DNA of 64,000 nt from an uncultured Pseudomonadota bacterium (GCA_963836235.1 CAWIIP010000004.1:32001-96000), one strand, 5' to 3'; counted from the stretch's first letter, positions 1 to 11,840 are shown. The notes: generated by a model from the letters alone, not told the origin. Program-made: numbers and translations.

Positions 1-1362
1 GTTTCTTTTTCCGTTGAGAAGCAGGAGATTCCCTTCGTCGCCGGTATGGTCTTCAACGACGTTTATATCAACATCCCCCCCAGCGACCTCAAGCTCAAGG
101 CCTGCCTTCAGATCACCCATTGCGATTTGGAAAATGATCCGGAAGGGAAGTGGTGCGTGGTTTTTGGGAAATTTCTCGGCGTGTCCATTGACCTGATCAA
201 GGCGGTAAACCGCCTGAAAGACGGTTTGGTGGACCTTCGATTGGTCGAAGCGCAAAGGGAGGACTTTGACCAACTCATGGAGTTCTTCTTCGATTCAGGG
301 TTCATCTATTCGGCCAAGCGCAAGCAGCTGCAAAAGTACTCCGCCGGGGTGAAACGGACAAACCTGAAACTACTCCAATCCGACGGCGCCATCATCAAAA
401 AGGTCATCTTTAAGGATCATCGCGAGATCAAGGGGCATATCTCCGCGCTGAAATTCTTCGACCGAGCCTGGCTGGTCCAACATATGACGACGCACAATAC
501 CCCCGGTACCGCAATCGCGCGCGCCATCCTCAATTCCATCTCAAATTTTTTCCAGGATCCCGCCGCCAACCGGAAGGTCGGCACTAATTTCGTAACCTGT
601 TACTACCAGCCTGGCAATCTCTATCCGGAGATGGTTTTCGGGGAGACCCAAAGGATGGTCGCAAACCCGGACATTTGTGGCACCACTGACCTTGATTTTT
701 GTGTTTCAGCCGCGGCGGAGCCCGGACCAAAGGCCGGGAGGGAAAAATCTAAGATCAAATGTCATGAGGCCCAAGCGGAGGACCTAGCGCGCCTGGAATG
801 CCTGTTGGTAACTCAGGGGCATTTCTTTCCCATCCGCATTGAGGGACTAACCGCAGAGGGAATGACGAAACTCGAGTTGTCAGTGGAATATGAAAAAATC
901 GGCCTTTACCGCCGCCGCCGCATTTTCGTCGCTAAAGATTCGGATGGGGAGGCCGTCTACGCGATTTGTAACTATTCTTCACCGGGATGCAACTTGTCGG
1001 AACTGACAAACTCCTTCCGCTTTTATTATTCCGGTACCGGGTCGCTGCCGACCTTGGAGGCGGCCAACGCTCTCAGCCGGCATGTGTTGTCTACTTATCA
1101 GGCCACCGAGATGAACGCCCCAGCACTGCTTTTGGGTGCCAATCAGCCGATACCGGACAAGTTCAAAAAGATCCGCAAATATCGCTATTGGTACTTTGAC
1201 GCAGCCTATTGTGACCTCTTTAAGAGAGTGTCTGAGTTTAATCTCTCCAACGCGAAGGAAATTCTAAAGAAACTCAAGTCGGGAGGCTCCGAGAACGCCG
1301 AATCTGGAAAAATAAACCGTGAGAAAACAGACCAAAAGGGTATGAAATATGAGTCTGTCTAG
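1..1362 (+). CDS. 5'-truncated protein: probable PilZ-like domain followed by a GNAT/acyltransferase-like region
   Basis: Frame is open from base 1 (VSFSVEKQEIPFVAGMVF...). The N-terminal part resembles the end of a PilZ barrel. FFDSGFIY...GHISA...WLVQH resembles PilZ-GNAT fusions recalled from delta-proteobacteria/myxobacteria. Overlaps the next gene by 14 bp. Confidence 0.5.
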   Translation, partial: VSFSVEKQEIPFVAGMVFNDVYINIPPSDLKLKACLQITHCDLENDPEGKWCVVFGKFLGVSIDLIKAVNRLKDGLVDLRLVEAQREDFDQLMEFFFDSGFIYSAKRKQLQKYSAGVKRTNLKLLQSDGAIIKKVIFKDHREIKGHISALKFFDRAWLVQHMTTHNTPGTAIARAILNSISNFFQDPAANRKVGTNFVTCYYQPGNLYPEMVFGETQRMVANPDICGTTDLDFCVSAAAEPGPKAGREKSKIKCHEAQAEDLARLECLLVTQGHFFPIRIEGLTAEGMTKLELSVEYEKIGLYRRRRIFVAKDSDGEAVYAICNYSSPGCNLSELTNSFRFYYSGTGSLPTLEAANALSRHVLSTYQATEMNAPALLLGANQPIPDKFKKIRKYRYWYFDAAYCDLFKRVSEFNLSNAKEILKKLKSGGSENAESGKINREKTDQKGMKYESV

Positions 1363-3499
1363 CGGCAAACCCCTTTACTCGGACAAGTTCTATAACGTCA
1401 AGATCATGAGGATTTATGTCGCCTACCTGAAAGAAAAGTGCCTTTGGCCCAATGAGAAGATCGAACATCTATTCGATCTTTGCCACTGCGACATCACTTT
1501 CCTGGATTCGGAAGACAACTGGTTCGACCAGGACTTGGCGGACCGTTTTATCGAAAAGGTTCAGAAGATGACGGGGGATGACCAAATCGCCTATAAGGTG
1601 GGCAGTTATGGCTTCTCCGCCTATGCCCGGGGTATCTCGGGAAGGTTGATGCAGGGTTTCGTCACTCCCCAGATTGTCTTCCAAAATATCGGCAAGAATT
1701 CTATGGCCTATAGCCGGGGTGCGGTTCTCAATCCGGTGAGGGTGTCCTCCAACGACGCCGTTTTAAGGTGCACCCCGGTAGAGGGATGCGACGAAAAGCC
1801 CTATCAATGCTTAAATCGCAAGGGAATGTTGGAGTCGGTACCACTTTTTTTCGGGTGCAAAGAATCACGGATCGTGGAAAACAAATGCATTCACTGGGGG
1901 GACAAATATTGCGAATACTTGATCGAGTGGAAGAACATGACCCTTTTCCCCAGTTCCGCAATCACCGCGGGGATTGGAGGTTCCAGCCTTGTGGCGGCCT
2001 ATATGGCCACCCACAGCTCCCTTTTTTCGCTGGCCTTTGGGGCTGGTATGGGGCTACTCACCGATTTCTGGCTTCTTAGCCGCACCACAAGGGTTCTCAG
2101 GGAGTTGATCGTGGAGAAAGACAACGCGCTTCAGGAGTCGTTGCGCATTTTCAACCGGCGTTACGAAGAGAGCGCGCTGAAACAGAACCTCTTCTTCAGT
2201 GCCTTCCAATCCCTCTCGGTGGAAGAACTCTGCCTTAAAACAGCGACCATTGCCAAAGATATGATGAAATTCGATCGGGTACTGATCATGCTCAGTGATA
2301 AGGAACGCAACGTACTCAAGACCACCGCAGCTGTCGGTTTTGAGGGAAATCTGAAGGAGATTGTGGAGATGGCGGAATTCAATATCGACCCCACTAACAC
2401 CACGGGTTTTTTCATTAATGTTTACAATACTCGGAAACCGCTTTTCCTTAGGGATATCACCCATAAGATGAGCAAGTTAAGTTCTCGAAGCCAGCAGCTG
2501 CTGAAATTGATGGGGACGAAAGCTTTTATCGTCGTTCCAATTGTTACCTCCGACAAAACAGTCGGTGTCATGGCCGTAGAGAACCTTGACGAATCCCGTC
2601 CCCTAATCAACGACGATATGGATATCCTCCTGGAAATCGCAAATTTGATGGGGCTTATCATTCCGAATGTGAAAAATTTTATTGCCATCAAAAAATCAGA
2701 GAAACTGGCCAAGTCTCTGGAGGAGCAGGAACGGCAACTCCGCCAGATTTTTCAGAAATTTATACCGGGCGAGGCGGTTTCGCGCCTTCAGCACTACGGA
2801 AGTGAATTCCTCACCGTCCAAAAGAGGATGGTGGATGTCATGTTCGTGGATATTGTGGGTTTCACCAGCTTCAGTGAAACAATCCCCCCGGAGGAAGTGG
2901 CCGATATCCTCAATATTTATATCGATGAGGTTCAGGAAACAGTTGATCTTTATGGGGGTAGGATCAACAAGATTATTGGCGATGGATTGCTCATCTACTT
3001 TGAAGAAGTAGGACCCAATTCGATTCGCGCTGGATACGCCATTCTGCAAGCCTGCGTCGCCATTAACCAACGTTTGACGATGAAAGGGTATCCTTCAATC
3101 TCTATTGGAGTCGGAGCGCACCGGGGCATTTGCAGCATCGGCTATATCGGAACGAAAGAAAGGCTGGACTACACTCTCATCGGCGACACGGTCAACGTCG
3201 CCTCGCGTATTGAGGGATATACTCGCAAGACCGGACCGTGCACCTTTTGTTTTTCCTCAACTTTGATCGACGCGGCGAAGGAATTTGACTACGTTTCCAA
3301 GGGGAAAGTACCATTAAAGGGTCGGGAAGAATCCATTGAGGTGCTTCAACTTCTGAAACCGTTGCGGAAAAAGAAAGTAGGCCCGATCGGGCCTACTTTA
3401 AAACAAGCCGCGAAGAATGGGTCCAAATTGAAGTCCACCGAAAAAGTTAGTCCGGATTTTCAAGAGCTCAAGTCTCCGGTGGTTGGACGCTTCAACTAA
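1349..3499 (+). CDS. Membrane sensor class III adenylate/guanylate cyclase (H-NOX/V4R-like N-terminal domain, 2 TM, GAF, cyclase)
   Basis: V4R-type Cys pattern (CLNRKG...CIHWGDKYCEY), hydrophobic hairpin, GAF (FIVVPIV...VGVMAVEN), cyclase motifs FVDIVGFT, KIIGDG, GDTVNVASR. Confidence 0.85.
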   Translation: MSLSSGKPLYSDKFYNVKIMRIYVAYLKEKCLWPNEKIEHLFDLCHCDITFLDSEDNWFDQDLADRFIEKVQKMTGDDQIAYKVGSYGFSAYARGISGRLMQGFVTPQIVFQNIGKNSMAYSRGAVLNPVRVSSNDAVLRCTPVEGCDEKPYQCLNRKGMLESVPLFFGCKESRIVENKCIHWGDKYCEYLIEWKNMTLFPSSAITAGIGGSSLVAAYMATHSSLFSLAFGAGMGLLTDFWLLSRTTRVLRELIVEKDNALQESLRIFNRRYEESALKQNLFFSAFQSLSVEELCLKTATIAKDMMKFDRVLIMLSDKERNVLKTTAAVGFEGNLKEIVEMAEFNIDPTNTTGFFINVYNTRKPLFLRDITHKMSKLSSRSQQLLKLMGTKAFIVVPIVTSDKTVGVMAVENLDESRPLINDDMDILLEIANLMGLIIPNVKNFIAIKKSEKLAKSLEEQERQLRQIFQKFIPGEAVSRLQHYGSEFLTVQKRMVDVMFVDIVGFTSFSETIPPEEVADILNIYIDEVQETVDLYGGRINKIIGDGLLIYFEEVGPNSIRAGYAILQACVAINQRLTMKGYPSISIGVGAHRGICSIGYIGTKERLDYTLIGDTVNVASRIEGYTRKTGPCTFCFSSTLIDAAKEFDYVSKGKVPLKGREESIEVLQLLKPLRKKKVGPIGPTLKQAAKNGSKLKSTEKVSPDFQELKSPVVGRFN

Positions 3500-3621
3500 G
3501 GTGAGTTCTTTACCCTTAATATGAAAAAAGAACTAAGGACTTTGTTTTCAAATTAAAGGCCGGTAGATTTTCAAAACCCTTCCGAAAAGGAAGAATTCCA
3601 AGGGAACAGCTAGGAAGGGCT

Positions 3622-4767
3622 TTACTTAACAGGTTGTTTTTTGGAAAAAATACCGGCAATAATTTCAGCGAAACGGCTGGGCACTTCCAGCTTACGTGGC
3701 TCGTCACCGATGATGGGCTTGTCGAACAAAGCATATACCTGATTAATTCCTACGTCCTTAAACCAGGCGAGGCCCGGGTCCATCGCGCCGACGATCGCAA
3801 TGCAGGGTATTCCCATCCTTTTCGCCATCTGGGCGACAGCTACAGGCGCTTTTCCCTCACGGCTGGAGTTGTCCAAGAGACCCTCGCCGGTGATCACCAG
3901 ATCGCAGCCCTTCATTTGGTCTTCCAGTTTTAGAGTTTGGGCCACAAAGTCAAAACCACTTTCCAACTTGGCGCCCAAGGCCAGGAGGGCCATACCCATC
4001 CCGCCAGCGGCTCCTGAACCTTTTTCATTTTTCAGAAGCATTCCCGAAGTCTTTGAAAGTACTCCCTCAAATTGATAAAGACCTTTTTCCAACTCCTCGA
4101 TAGCGTCGGGGGTCGCCCCCTTCTGAGGGCCGAAGAACCGAGCGGCTCCATGATCCCCCAAGACGGGAACATTGACATCGACCAAGCCAATGATATCGAT
4201 TCCCTTGAGGGCGAGTTGGATGGGTTCCAAGTCAATAGATTGAATCAAGGACAGATGTTTGCCGGAAAGGCCTCTGGGAGGCAAGGTGCCTTTGGCCTTG
4301 AAGGTTGCGCCTAAGGCCTGAAGAAAGCCGAGGCCGCCGTCAATGGTGGCACTTCCGCCGAGGGAAATTTTTAAATGGAGCACTCCATGTTTTTTGACCG
4401 CTTCTAAAACAAGTTCTCCCGCGCCATAAGTAGTCGTTTCAAGGGGATTGCGTTCTTCCGGCGCCAGGCGAAAAAGGCCTGAAGCTTGGGCCATTTCGAT
4501 AATGCCCGTGTCTTTTTGGGGTAGTTGGGCGATCCCATATTGGGCTTGTTTTGGACGCATCAGGGGATCATTCACAGTGGTAGTGAGGGTTTTTCCCTTG
4601 AGGAGATAAATAATGGAAGTTAATGTGCCCTCTCCTCCATCGGCCACGGGGCAGAGACGAATCTGGGCGTCGGGAAGGTTTTTTTGGATTTGGTTTCTCA
4701 GAATTTCGGAGACTTCCTGGGCTGTCGAGACTCCCTTGAATTTATCGGGGGCAATTAGGATTTTCAT
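3622..4767 (-). CDS. glxK: Glycerate kinase
   Basis: KILIAPDKFKG, PVADGGEGT, GGSATIDGG, GAAGGMG, VITGEG motifs. Confidence 0.93.
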   Translation of the reverse strand: MKILIAPDKFKGVSTAQEVSEILRNQIQKNLPDAQIRLCPVADGGEGTLTSIIYLLKGKTLTTTVNDPLMRPKQAQYGIAQLPQKDTGIIEMAQASGLFRLAPEERNPLETTTYGAGELVLEAVKKHGVLHLKISLGGSATIDGGLGFLQALGATFKAKGTLPPRGLSGKHLSLIQSIDLEPIQLALKGIDIIGLVDVNVPVLGDHGAARFFGPQKGATPDAIEELEKGLYQFEGVLSKTSGMLLKNEKGSGAAGGMGMALLALGAKLESGFDFVAQTLKLEDQMKGCDLVITGEGLLDNSSREGKAPVAVAQMAKRMGIPCIAIVGAMDPGLAWFKDVGINQVYALFDKPIIGDEPRKLEVPSRFAEIIAGIFSKKQPVK

Positions 4768-4917
4768 AGGCTCCTATCGCTGCTGAGTCTTGATTTACTT
4801 TCACCATTAGTGGTGAGAGGACTAAAATCTTTTTTAATCCCATGTGCCAATTAGTTTATCTTTTTGCTTCAGCGCACTAAACTAATCTGTCTATATCGGC
4901 TATTTTAAGGAGGAAAA

Positions 4918-6900
4918 ATGACTCCGCAAGACCAATCCATCACTTCTTTACAAAAAGATTCCCTAACTTTTCCGCCTCCCAAAGCTCTGGCGGCCAAGGC
5001 CTACATCGGAACCTTTGAGAAATATAAGGAAATGTATGACCATTCTGTAAAAGACTCCCACGCCTTTTGGCTCGAACAAGCCTTCCGGGAACTCGTGTGG
5101 TTTAAAAAACCTAATCAGACTTTGGAATATACCTGGAATAGTTCCAAAGGCGTCATCCAACATACATGGTTTGCGGATGGAGAGCTAAATGCCGCAGTCA
5201 ATTGTCTGGACCGTCATTTGACGGGTCCGGTGAGGGACAAGATCGCCATCCTTTGGCAGGGTGAAAAAGATGAGGAAGTCCGAAGAATCACTTATTCCGA
5301 ACTCCACAAACTTGTCTGCCAGTTCTCCAATGTTTTGCTTTCCAAAGGCGTTCAAAAGGGCGACCGGGTTTGCGTTTATATGCCGATGGTGCCCGAGGCG
5401 GCAGTGGCCCTATTGGCTTGCGCCCGTATCGGGGCTATTCATTCGGTCGTGTTCGCCGGTTTTTCGGCGGAGTCCCTCAAAAGCCGAATCCAGGATTCGG
5501 ACAATGTCGCGGTCGTGACCGCCGATGTGGGGTTTAGGGCCGGTAGGATCATTCCCCTTAAGAATATCGTGGATGAGGCCCTCAAAGATTGCCCGACCAT
5601 AAAAAATGTCTTCGTCTTCCAAAGAGGGGACGGAAAAGTCGAGATGAAGGGTGGACGAGACCATTGGTGGCATGAAGAAATGAAAAAGGCCAGTCCCGAG
5701 CATGAAGCTGAAGCCATGATGGCGGAAGATCCCCTTTTTATTCTTTATACCTCCGGTTCTACCGGCAAACCCAAGGGGGTATTGCATACAACGGCGGGGT
5801 ATTTGTTGTGGGTGGCGATGACCCACCGCTATGTGTTCGATTATCACCCCGAGGATCTCTATTGGTGTACGGCGGATATCGGATGGGTTACCGGACACAG
5901 CTATATCGTATACGGGCCTTTGGCTAATGGCGCTACCACGCTGATGTTCGAGGGTGTTCCTAATTTTCCCGACGCCGGGCGATTTTGGCAGGTCGTTTCT
6001 AAGCATAAGGTGAATATTTTTTATACGGCTCCTACCGCCATTCGGGCCCTGATGCGGGAGGGCGAAGATTGGCCGAAGAAGTATGATTTAAGCTCTTTAA
6101 AAATATTGGGATCGGTCGGTGAACCCATTAACCCCGAAGCCTGGTTGTGGTACCACCGTAATGTGGGGCGGGGGAATTGCCCTATCGTGGATACTTGGTG
6201 GCAGACCGAAACTGGGGGGTTCATGATTACTCCCTTGCCGGGAGCCCATACCCTTAAACCCGGAAGTGCGTCTCGGCCCTTTTTTGGGGTGGAGCCAGTT
6301 GTTTTGAGGGACGACGGTACTGAGTGCAGTCCCAATGAGGGCGGAAAACTTTGCATCAAGAAGCCTTGGCCCGGCATGATGCGCACCACTTGGGGTGACC
6401 ACCAGCGGTTTATCAATACCTACTTTTCAACATTCAACAATATGTATTTCACCGGTGATGGTTGCCGCATCGACCAAGATGGTGACTATTGGCTTATGGG
6501 TCGCGTGGATGATGTGGTTAATATCTCAGGACATCGTATTGGGACGGCTGAGGTAGAAAGCGCTCTCGTGTCTTTTTCCAAAGTTTCCGAGGCTGCGGTA
6601 GTGGGCTATCCTCACGATATCAAAGGCCAAGCCCTCTACGCTTATGTTACCCTTAAAGAAGGCGTGGCCCCGACCGAGGAAATCAAAAAAGAGCTGATCC
6701 AGCATGTCCGCAAGGAGATTGGCCCCATCGCCCAGCCGGATAAAATTCAATTTTCGGAAGGGTTGCCGAAGACCCGAAGCGGCAAAATCATGCGCCGAAT
6801 CTTGAGGAAAATCGCCGAAAATGACACCGGTAACCTGGGGGACACGAGTACCTTGGCTGATCCGTCGGTGGTAGAAAAACTGGTTCAAGGTAAACAATAA
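4918..6900 (+). CDS. acs: Acetyl-CoA synthetase (AMP-forming)
   Basis: [33 protein letters not shown] motifs; AGGAGG RBS. Confidence 0.97.
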   Translation: MTPQDQSITSLQKDSLTFPPPKALAAKAYIGTFEKYKEMYDHSVKDSHAFWLEQAFRELVWFKKPNQTLEYTWNSSKGVIQHTWFADGELNAAVNCLDRHLTGPVRDKIAILWQGEKDEEVRRITYSELHKLVCQFSNVLLSKGVQKGDRVCVYMPMVPEAAVALLACARIGAIHSVVFAGFSAESLKSRIQDSDNVAVVTADVGFRAGRIIPLKNIVDEALKDCPTIKNVFVFQRGDGKVEMKGGRDHWWHEEMKKASPEHEAEAMMAEDPLFILYTSGSTGKPKGVLHTTAGYLLWVAMTHRYVFDYHPEDLYWCTADIGWVTGHSYIVYGPLANGATTLMFEGVPNFPDAGRFWQVVSKHKVNIFYTAPTAIRALMREGEDWPKKYDLSSLKILGSVGEPINPEAWLWYHRNVGRGNCPIVDTWWQTETGGFMITPLPGAHTLKPGSASRPFFGVEPVVLRDDGTECSPNEGGKLCIKKPWPGMMRTTWGDHQRFINTYFSTFNNMYFTGDGCRIDQDGDYWLMGRVDDVVNISGHRIGTAEVESALVSFSKVSEAAVVGYPHDIKGQALYAYVTLKEGVAPTEEIKKELIQHVRKEIGPIAQPDKIQFSEGLPKTRSGKIMRRILRKIAENDTGNLGDTSTLADPSVVEKLVQGKQ

Positions 6901-7081
6901 AACTTAAATCCATGCCTTTTTACGCTTGCGATCCTACTTTGTAGGAATGGTGTTTTTGATTTGGCCGAAGGATTTGAGGGAATTCACGGGACGAAACAAA
7001 AAACCATTTGGGTACGTCAAAACAAGGAAGAGAAGCACGCTTCGTGTGATAATAGTTCCGTCTAACCAATGAGAGGATGTT

Positions 7082-8251
7082 ATGAAAAAGACTTTAATGA
7101 TCTTGTTCGCTTTATCTTTAATACAGGGTGCTTTGGCCTTGGCCCAGGATGGCGGGGGCCGACATGGTGGGGGAGAAGGGGGTGGCGGAGGTTTTTCGGG
7201 CCAGAGTGGCGGTGGAGTCCAACCGAAGAAGCACTCGAAGGGGCCTAAAAATCATAAGAATCCTGGCGGTTGGAATCATGGAGGATCGACCTCGAGTCCT
7301 TCCGGAACCCATTCCTTTAATGCGAATAACGGAGCGTCCAACAACGCACCCCATCACTTCGGTTCAAATGCCTCGAGTCCTGGTAGCACGGGATTCAATA
7401 ACGCCCAAAATCACTCCACCCATCCCGGGGGAAGTTTCAACCACTCCGTGCGAGTTCCGTCCAACTTAAGGCAAATGGGGATTAAGCATTTGCCCCCTAC
7501 CCTGAATAAGAGCAATATGCTCTCCACGGATCCCCAACACTCTTCCATGGTTCAACCGCAAATGGGTCCCAGGGGGCAGGCTCTCCACGCCTCTGTGATC
7601 GCACCCACGAGCACGAACGCCGTAGTGGTGCAGAGCCATATGACAGCCATTAACCGTAGTCCTGCCGTTATGGCCAAAATCAATATTTACAATAGCCATG
7701 AAACGGTCGCGGGCCAGTATTATTGGCATAACTGGAACGGAACCAATTACTGCCATTATTATGATTCCTGGGGATACCACTGGTACGGATGGTATTGGGG
7801 CAATACTTGCTTTTGGTCCAGATGGTATGGAAATAATTGGTGGTGGTATGACCCGGGTTATGCCCGCTGGTGTTACTGGTATGACGGTTACTGGTGGTGG
7901 CAGGATCCGTACTTAAATGTGACCTATGTCTACAACAATGGTGAGTACACTTCTTCGGTGACCAATGGATCGTCGGTATCCACAAGTCCTTCGGCCGAAA
8001 TCGATTTTAAGAGTAAGGACGGCACCCGCATGGTGAAAGTCGTCGGTAATGACGCTTTTCTCTATGATACGGTGGATACTGCCAACAACAAACCGTTCTA
8101 TCTGGCTTCCAATATCAAGGATGTTCAGTATTCGAAAACGGATAATGGCCAGCCTTTGCAAATCATGCTGACCTTTAATGATGGCACGTCGCAAACATTC
8201 GATTCGGATGGCAATCCGATCAACAACGGTTCGAACAGCCCTGTAAATTGA
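7082..8251 (+). CDS. Secreted protein with Gly/His/Asn-rich disordered N-terminus and a Trp/Tyr-rich segment
   Basis: Signal peptide (..ALALAQD), GAGGA RBS, YYWHNWNG...WWWQDPY block. Confidence 0.8.
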   Translation: MKKTLMILFALSLIQGALALAQDGGGRHGGGEGGGGGFSGQSGGGVQPKKHSKGPKNHKNPGGWNHGGSTSSPSGTHSFNANNGASNNAPHHFGSNASSPGSTGFNNAQNHSTHPGGSFNHSVRVPSNLRQMGIKHLPPTLNKSNMLSTDPQHSSMVQPQMGPRGQALHASVIAPTSTNAVVVQSHMTAINRSPAVMAKINIYNSHETVAGQYYWHNWNGTNYCHYYDSWGYHWYGWYWGNTCFWSRWYGNNWWWYDPGYARWCYWYDGYWWWQDPYLNVTYVYNNGEYTSSVTNGSSVSTSPSAEIDFKSKDGTRMVKVVGNDAFLYDTVDTANNKPFYLASNIKDVQYSKTDNGQPLQIMLTFNDGTSQTFDSDGNPINNGSNSPVN

Positions 8252-8292
8252 TGGTTTTCATAATGGCCTAGAAATTTTGTGAGGTACTAAAA

Positions 8293-8475
8293 ATGGATTT
8301 TCAAGCTTTTGAAAAATGGATTAAAAACCTGAGTGAAGCCGATAGGGCTTTTCTTGAGCGCCATAAAGAGTGGAAGAAGGAATATCGAAAAATTCAGGAA
8401 GTGGGCGTTCTTTCCAATGGTTTTGCTGAAAAAACAATGGAGGTCCTGGAAGATGGTTCTGAAAGCGAAACATAG
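8293..8475 (+). CDS. Small hypothetical protein (60 aa)
   Basis: GAGGT RBS upstream; charged helical sequence. Confidence 0.5.
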   Translation: MDFQAFEKWIKNLSEADRAFLERHKEWKKEYRKIQEVGVLSNGFAEKTMEVLEDGSESET

Positions 8476-8589
8476 CTCTTTCTTTTAAAAAGTAAGTTCG
8501 AACCCCCTGGTTTTTCCTCGAAAATGAATTTGTAAGATCGTAAATGCCTCGACCGAGGTTACGGCCATTTAATATGATCGTGACTGGTT

Positions 8590-9294
8590 GTGTTGATGGT
8601 TTCTAACAATGGAAAGGTCGACCCAATGGATGTTCTTCGTGACGGGTTCAAATCGAGTAACGATGGGTTTCTCTTTTCGACAGTGACATTTTTTTTATTA
8701 CTTGTCCCTTCTTTATTTTGGGGGATGGGTGTTTACCAAGTGGTGACAAAGGCCAATCGCTCCTGCCAATCCATTGACGAATCCGTTAAATCCAACGCTG
8801 TTTCCCTCGAATACCTGGTTGAAATTGATTCGGCTGGGTCGGCGATCTGGAAAAAAACGGATGCTCCGGAAGACATTCCAAAAGCCGCTCCCAGCGGATC
8901 TATGCGCAACGCGAAAGTTTATTTAAACGGCACCCTGCCGGTTCGAGTTGACTTGGAACTGAAAAGCCCCTCGAAGGAATGGGTTCATTATGTCCGCTAT
9001 TATTACCGGGAGGATGGCACCCTGGAAAAAACTCATTCGGATTTCCGGCGATTTGGCGCTTACGAAAAAGAGAAGGGCATGGAGCAGGAGTTTTTGGTGA
9101 AGGTCCTCCGGGACAAATACTATGATTCAAAGGGAAAAATGGTTAAGAAAACAAGCCCGCGTTTTTTCAACATGAGCACCAAGCGGGAAATGAATAACGT
9201 TGTTTACACAGATGGTCCGTGGCCCATTTATCCCAAAGCGGAGCAACTGCCTTTTTATGGAATGTTGAAACCGACTGATTCACTCAAAAATTAA
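8590..9294 (+). CDS. Hypothetical membrane-anchored/exported protein (start may be ATG 8626)
   Basis: 234-aa ORF with one N-terminal hydrophobic segment. Confidence 0.65.
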   Translation: MLMVSNNGKVDPMDVLRDGFKSSNDGFLFSTVTFFLLLVPSLFWGMGVYQVVTKANRSCQSIDESVKSNAVSLEYLVEIDSAGSAIWKKTDAPEDIPKAAPSGSMRNAKVYLNGTLPVRVDLELKSPSKEWVHYVRYYYREDGTLEKTHSDFRRFGAYEKEKGMEQEFLVKVLRDKYYDSKGKMVKKTSPRFFNMSTKREMNNVVYTDGPWPIYPKAEQLPFYGMLKPTDSLKN

Positions 9295-9529
9295 AAATCT
9301 TAAAAGAAGTTCATGATTTGTGCGGTTGCATCCACGCTTGATGTCCCCGGATGCGTCTTAACTTGAGATGGGCGGAAATTGAACCATAGAAAATTCCCCT
9401 GAGAAAACGTTCAAATAAACCATTTTGTCCAACGGGATTGTCCATTTCTACAAACCTGTTTTACTTTTTGGAATCCCTTGTGGTTTAAGTCGAAAAGTCC
9501 TTTAAAAACCCTTGAACTAGCATTCCACT

Positions 9530-9545
9530 TGGCGCTACTCTTGCA
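9530..9545 (+). promoter_or_regulatory. Sigma54 (-24/-12) promoter of the type III glutamine synthetase
   Basis: TGGCGC-TACTC-TTGCA matches TGGCAC-N5-TTGCW with exact spacing. Confidence 0.8.
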
Positions 9546-9654
9546 TCTCTTCATAGTCGTCCAACGCATTTCGACGCCATGCTTTTTTTACTTTTGTCAA
9601 TGTAGGGCTGTTTAAAGCCGATAGCTGCTTATCAATCTGACAAGGAGCCAACGC

Positions 9655-11823
9655 ATGTCATCATCCCGCAAGAAGGTTGCCTTATCCATCGGGAAGGAAG
9701 TTTCTCCCGTCGAGAATTATATGTCTGAACCTGGACATGAAATCTTCGGATCTCTCGTATTTACCGACGCGGTCCAAAAGCAGTATTTGTCGAAGGATGT
9801 TTATAAAAAACTGCGGGCAACAACCATCAAAGGTGAACCGCTCGATCCTTCCATCGCTGACCAGGTAGCACAAGGCATGAAGGAATGGGCCTTGTCTCAT
9901 GGCGCAACCCACTACACCCACTGGTTCATTCCCTTGACTGGTTTGGGAGCGGAAAAACATGATTCCTTTCTGGAGTACACAGCTGATGGAGGAGCCATCG
10001 CCGAGTTTTCTGGTAAAACCCTCATCAAGGGTGAGCCGGACGCTTCCTCCTTTCCCTCGGGCGGAACCCGTTCCACTTTTGAGGCCCGGGGTTACACGGC
10101 CTGGGATCCGACTTCTTCCGCTTTCATTCAAAAAGAATTGAACGGCGCCACTTTGACTATCCCCACGGCTTTCGTCAGCTATACCGAAGAAGCTTTGGAC
10201 TTCAAGACCCCGCTTCTACGCTCGGTGGAAAGCCTCTCAGTCCAGGCCCTGCGCCTTCTGCGTCTGTTCGGCAATAAAACCGCCAAGCATGTGTTCACCA
10301 ATATGGGGCCGGAGCAGGAATATTTCCTCATCGATCGCAAATATTATGAACTTCGCCCCGACTTGATCGCTGGCGGACGCACTCTTTTCGGCGCTCCCCC
10401 CTACCGGGGGCAGGAATTGGAGGACCATTATTTCGGGTCCATCCGTGAGCGCATCCTGGCCTACATGATGGACCTGGATCGGGAACTGTGGCGGCTGGGC
10501 ATCCTGTCCAAGACGCGTCATAACGAAGTGGCGCCCGCTCAATTTGAGATGGCGCCCCTTTATGAGAAATCCTCCATCGCGGCGGACCATAACATGATCG
10601 TCATGGAGCTTATGCGTAAAGTGGCCTTGCGGCACGGCCTGGTCTGCCTCCTGCACGAGAAGCCATTCGCGGGCATCAACGGCAACGGCAAGCACAACAA
10701 CTGGTCCATGGGGACCGACGAGGGCGAGAACCTGTTGGAACCGGGAACCACCCCGCACGCCAACGCCCAGTTCCTGGCCTTCTTGGTGGCCATCATCGCA
10801 GCAGTGGACAAGTATGCCGAGCTGCTTCGCATCGCAATCGCAGGTCCCGGCAACGACCACCGCCTGGGAGCCAACGAGGCCCCGCCAGCCATCATCTCCA
10901 TCTTCCTGGGTGATCAATTGCAGGATATAGTCGACCAGTTGGAAAAAGGGCCGGCTTCCTCCAGCAAGTCGGGCGGAACCATGCAACTAGGGGTTTCCAC
11001 CCTGCCCCCCCTTCCCAAAGATGCCACGGACCGTAACCGTACCTCGCCTTTCGCCTTCACGGGCAACAAGTTCGAGTTCCGCGCAGTCGGGTCCTCGGCC
11101 GCCATTTATTGGCCCAACGCAGTGCTGAATACCATCGTGGCGGAGTCCATCGATCGCATCGCCATCGAATTGGAAAAGGGCGGAGACTTGAATAAGACCT
11201 TGGCCACTATTCTTCAAAGGGAACTCAAGGAACACAAAAAAGTGCTCTTCAACGGCAATGGTTACGCCGCCGATTGGCACGCCGAGGCCCAAAAGAGGGG
11301 CCTGCCGAACCTCAAGACCACGGTGGACGCCCTCAAGGCCATGCCGAAAAAAGAATACAAGGAGCTTTTCGCCAAGTACAAGGTCCTTAACGAGAAGGAG
11401 TATGAGGCTCGCGAGGAAATCATGTGGGAAAGGTACGTGAAGATCACGAATATCGAGGCCGGTGCCACGGTTGACATCGCCCAGAACCAGATCCTGCCGG
11501 CGGTTCTCAAGTACCAGAGCGAACTGGCGGAGACCATCCAGGCCACCTCGGCTGTGGTGAAAACCGGCCAAAAGGGCCAAACGGCCCTGCTGGAGGAAGT
11601 CACCAAAGGCGCCAGCGAGTTGTATGAGGCTGCTATGGCCCTGGACAAGCTCATTGAAAGCGCGAACAGCGGGTCCAGCCTGCACCAGATCGCCGCTTCC
11701 TTCAAGGACTCGGTCATCCCGGGTATGCTGAGGGTCCGAGAAATCGCCGACTGGCTGGAAGGCCTGGTGAGCGATGATCTCTGGCCCCTGCCGAAGTACC
11801 GGGAGATGCTGTTCCAGTACTAA
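9655..11823 (+). CDS. glnN: Glutamine synthetase type III
   Basis: 722 aa; [64 protein letters not shown]. Confidence 0.96.
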   Translation: MSSSRKKVALSIGKEVSPVENYMSEPGHEIFGSLVFTDAVQKQYLSKDVYKKLRATTIKGEPLDPSIADQVAQGMKEWALSHGATHYTHWFIPLTGLGAEKHDSFLEYTADGGAIAEFSGKTLIKGEPDASSFPSGGTRSTFEARGYTAWDPTSSAFIQKELNGATLTIPTAFVSYTEEALDFKTPLLRSVESLSVQALRLLRLFGNKTAKHVFTNMGPEQEYFLIDRKYYELRPDLIAGGRTLFGAPPYRGQELEDHYFGSIRERILAYMMDLDRELWRLGILSKTRHNEVAPAQFEMAPLYEKSSIAADHNMIVMELMRKVALRHGLVCLLHEKPFAGINGNGKHNNWSMGTDEGENLLEPGTTPHANAQFLAFLVAIIAAVDKYAELLRIAIAGPGNDHRLGANEAPPAIISIFLGDQLQDIVDQLEKGPASSSKSGGTMQLGVSTLPPLPKDATDRNRTSPFAFTGNKFEFRAVGSSAAIYWPNAVLNTIVAESIDRIAIELEKGGDLNKTLATILQRELKEHKKVLFNGNGYAADWHAEAQKRGLPNLKTTVDALKAMPKKEYKELFAKYKVLNEKEYEAREEIMWERYVKITNIEAGATVDIAQNQILPAVLKYQSELAETIQATSAVVKTGQKGQTALLEEVTKGASELYEAAMALDKLIESANSGSSLHQIAASFKDSVIPGMLRVREIADWLEGLVSDDLWPLPKYREMLFQY

Positions 11824-11840
11824 GCTGGCTGCCGTAACTG

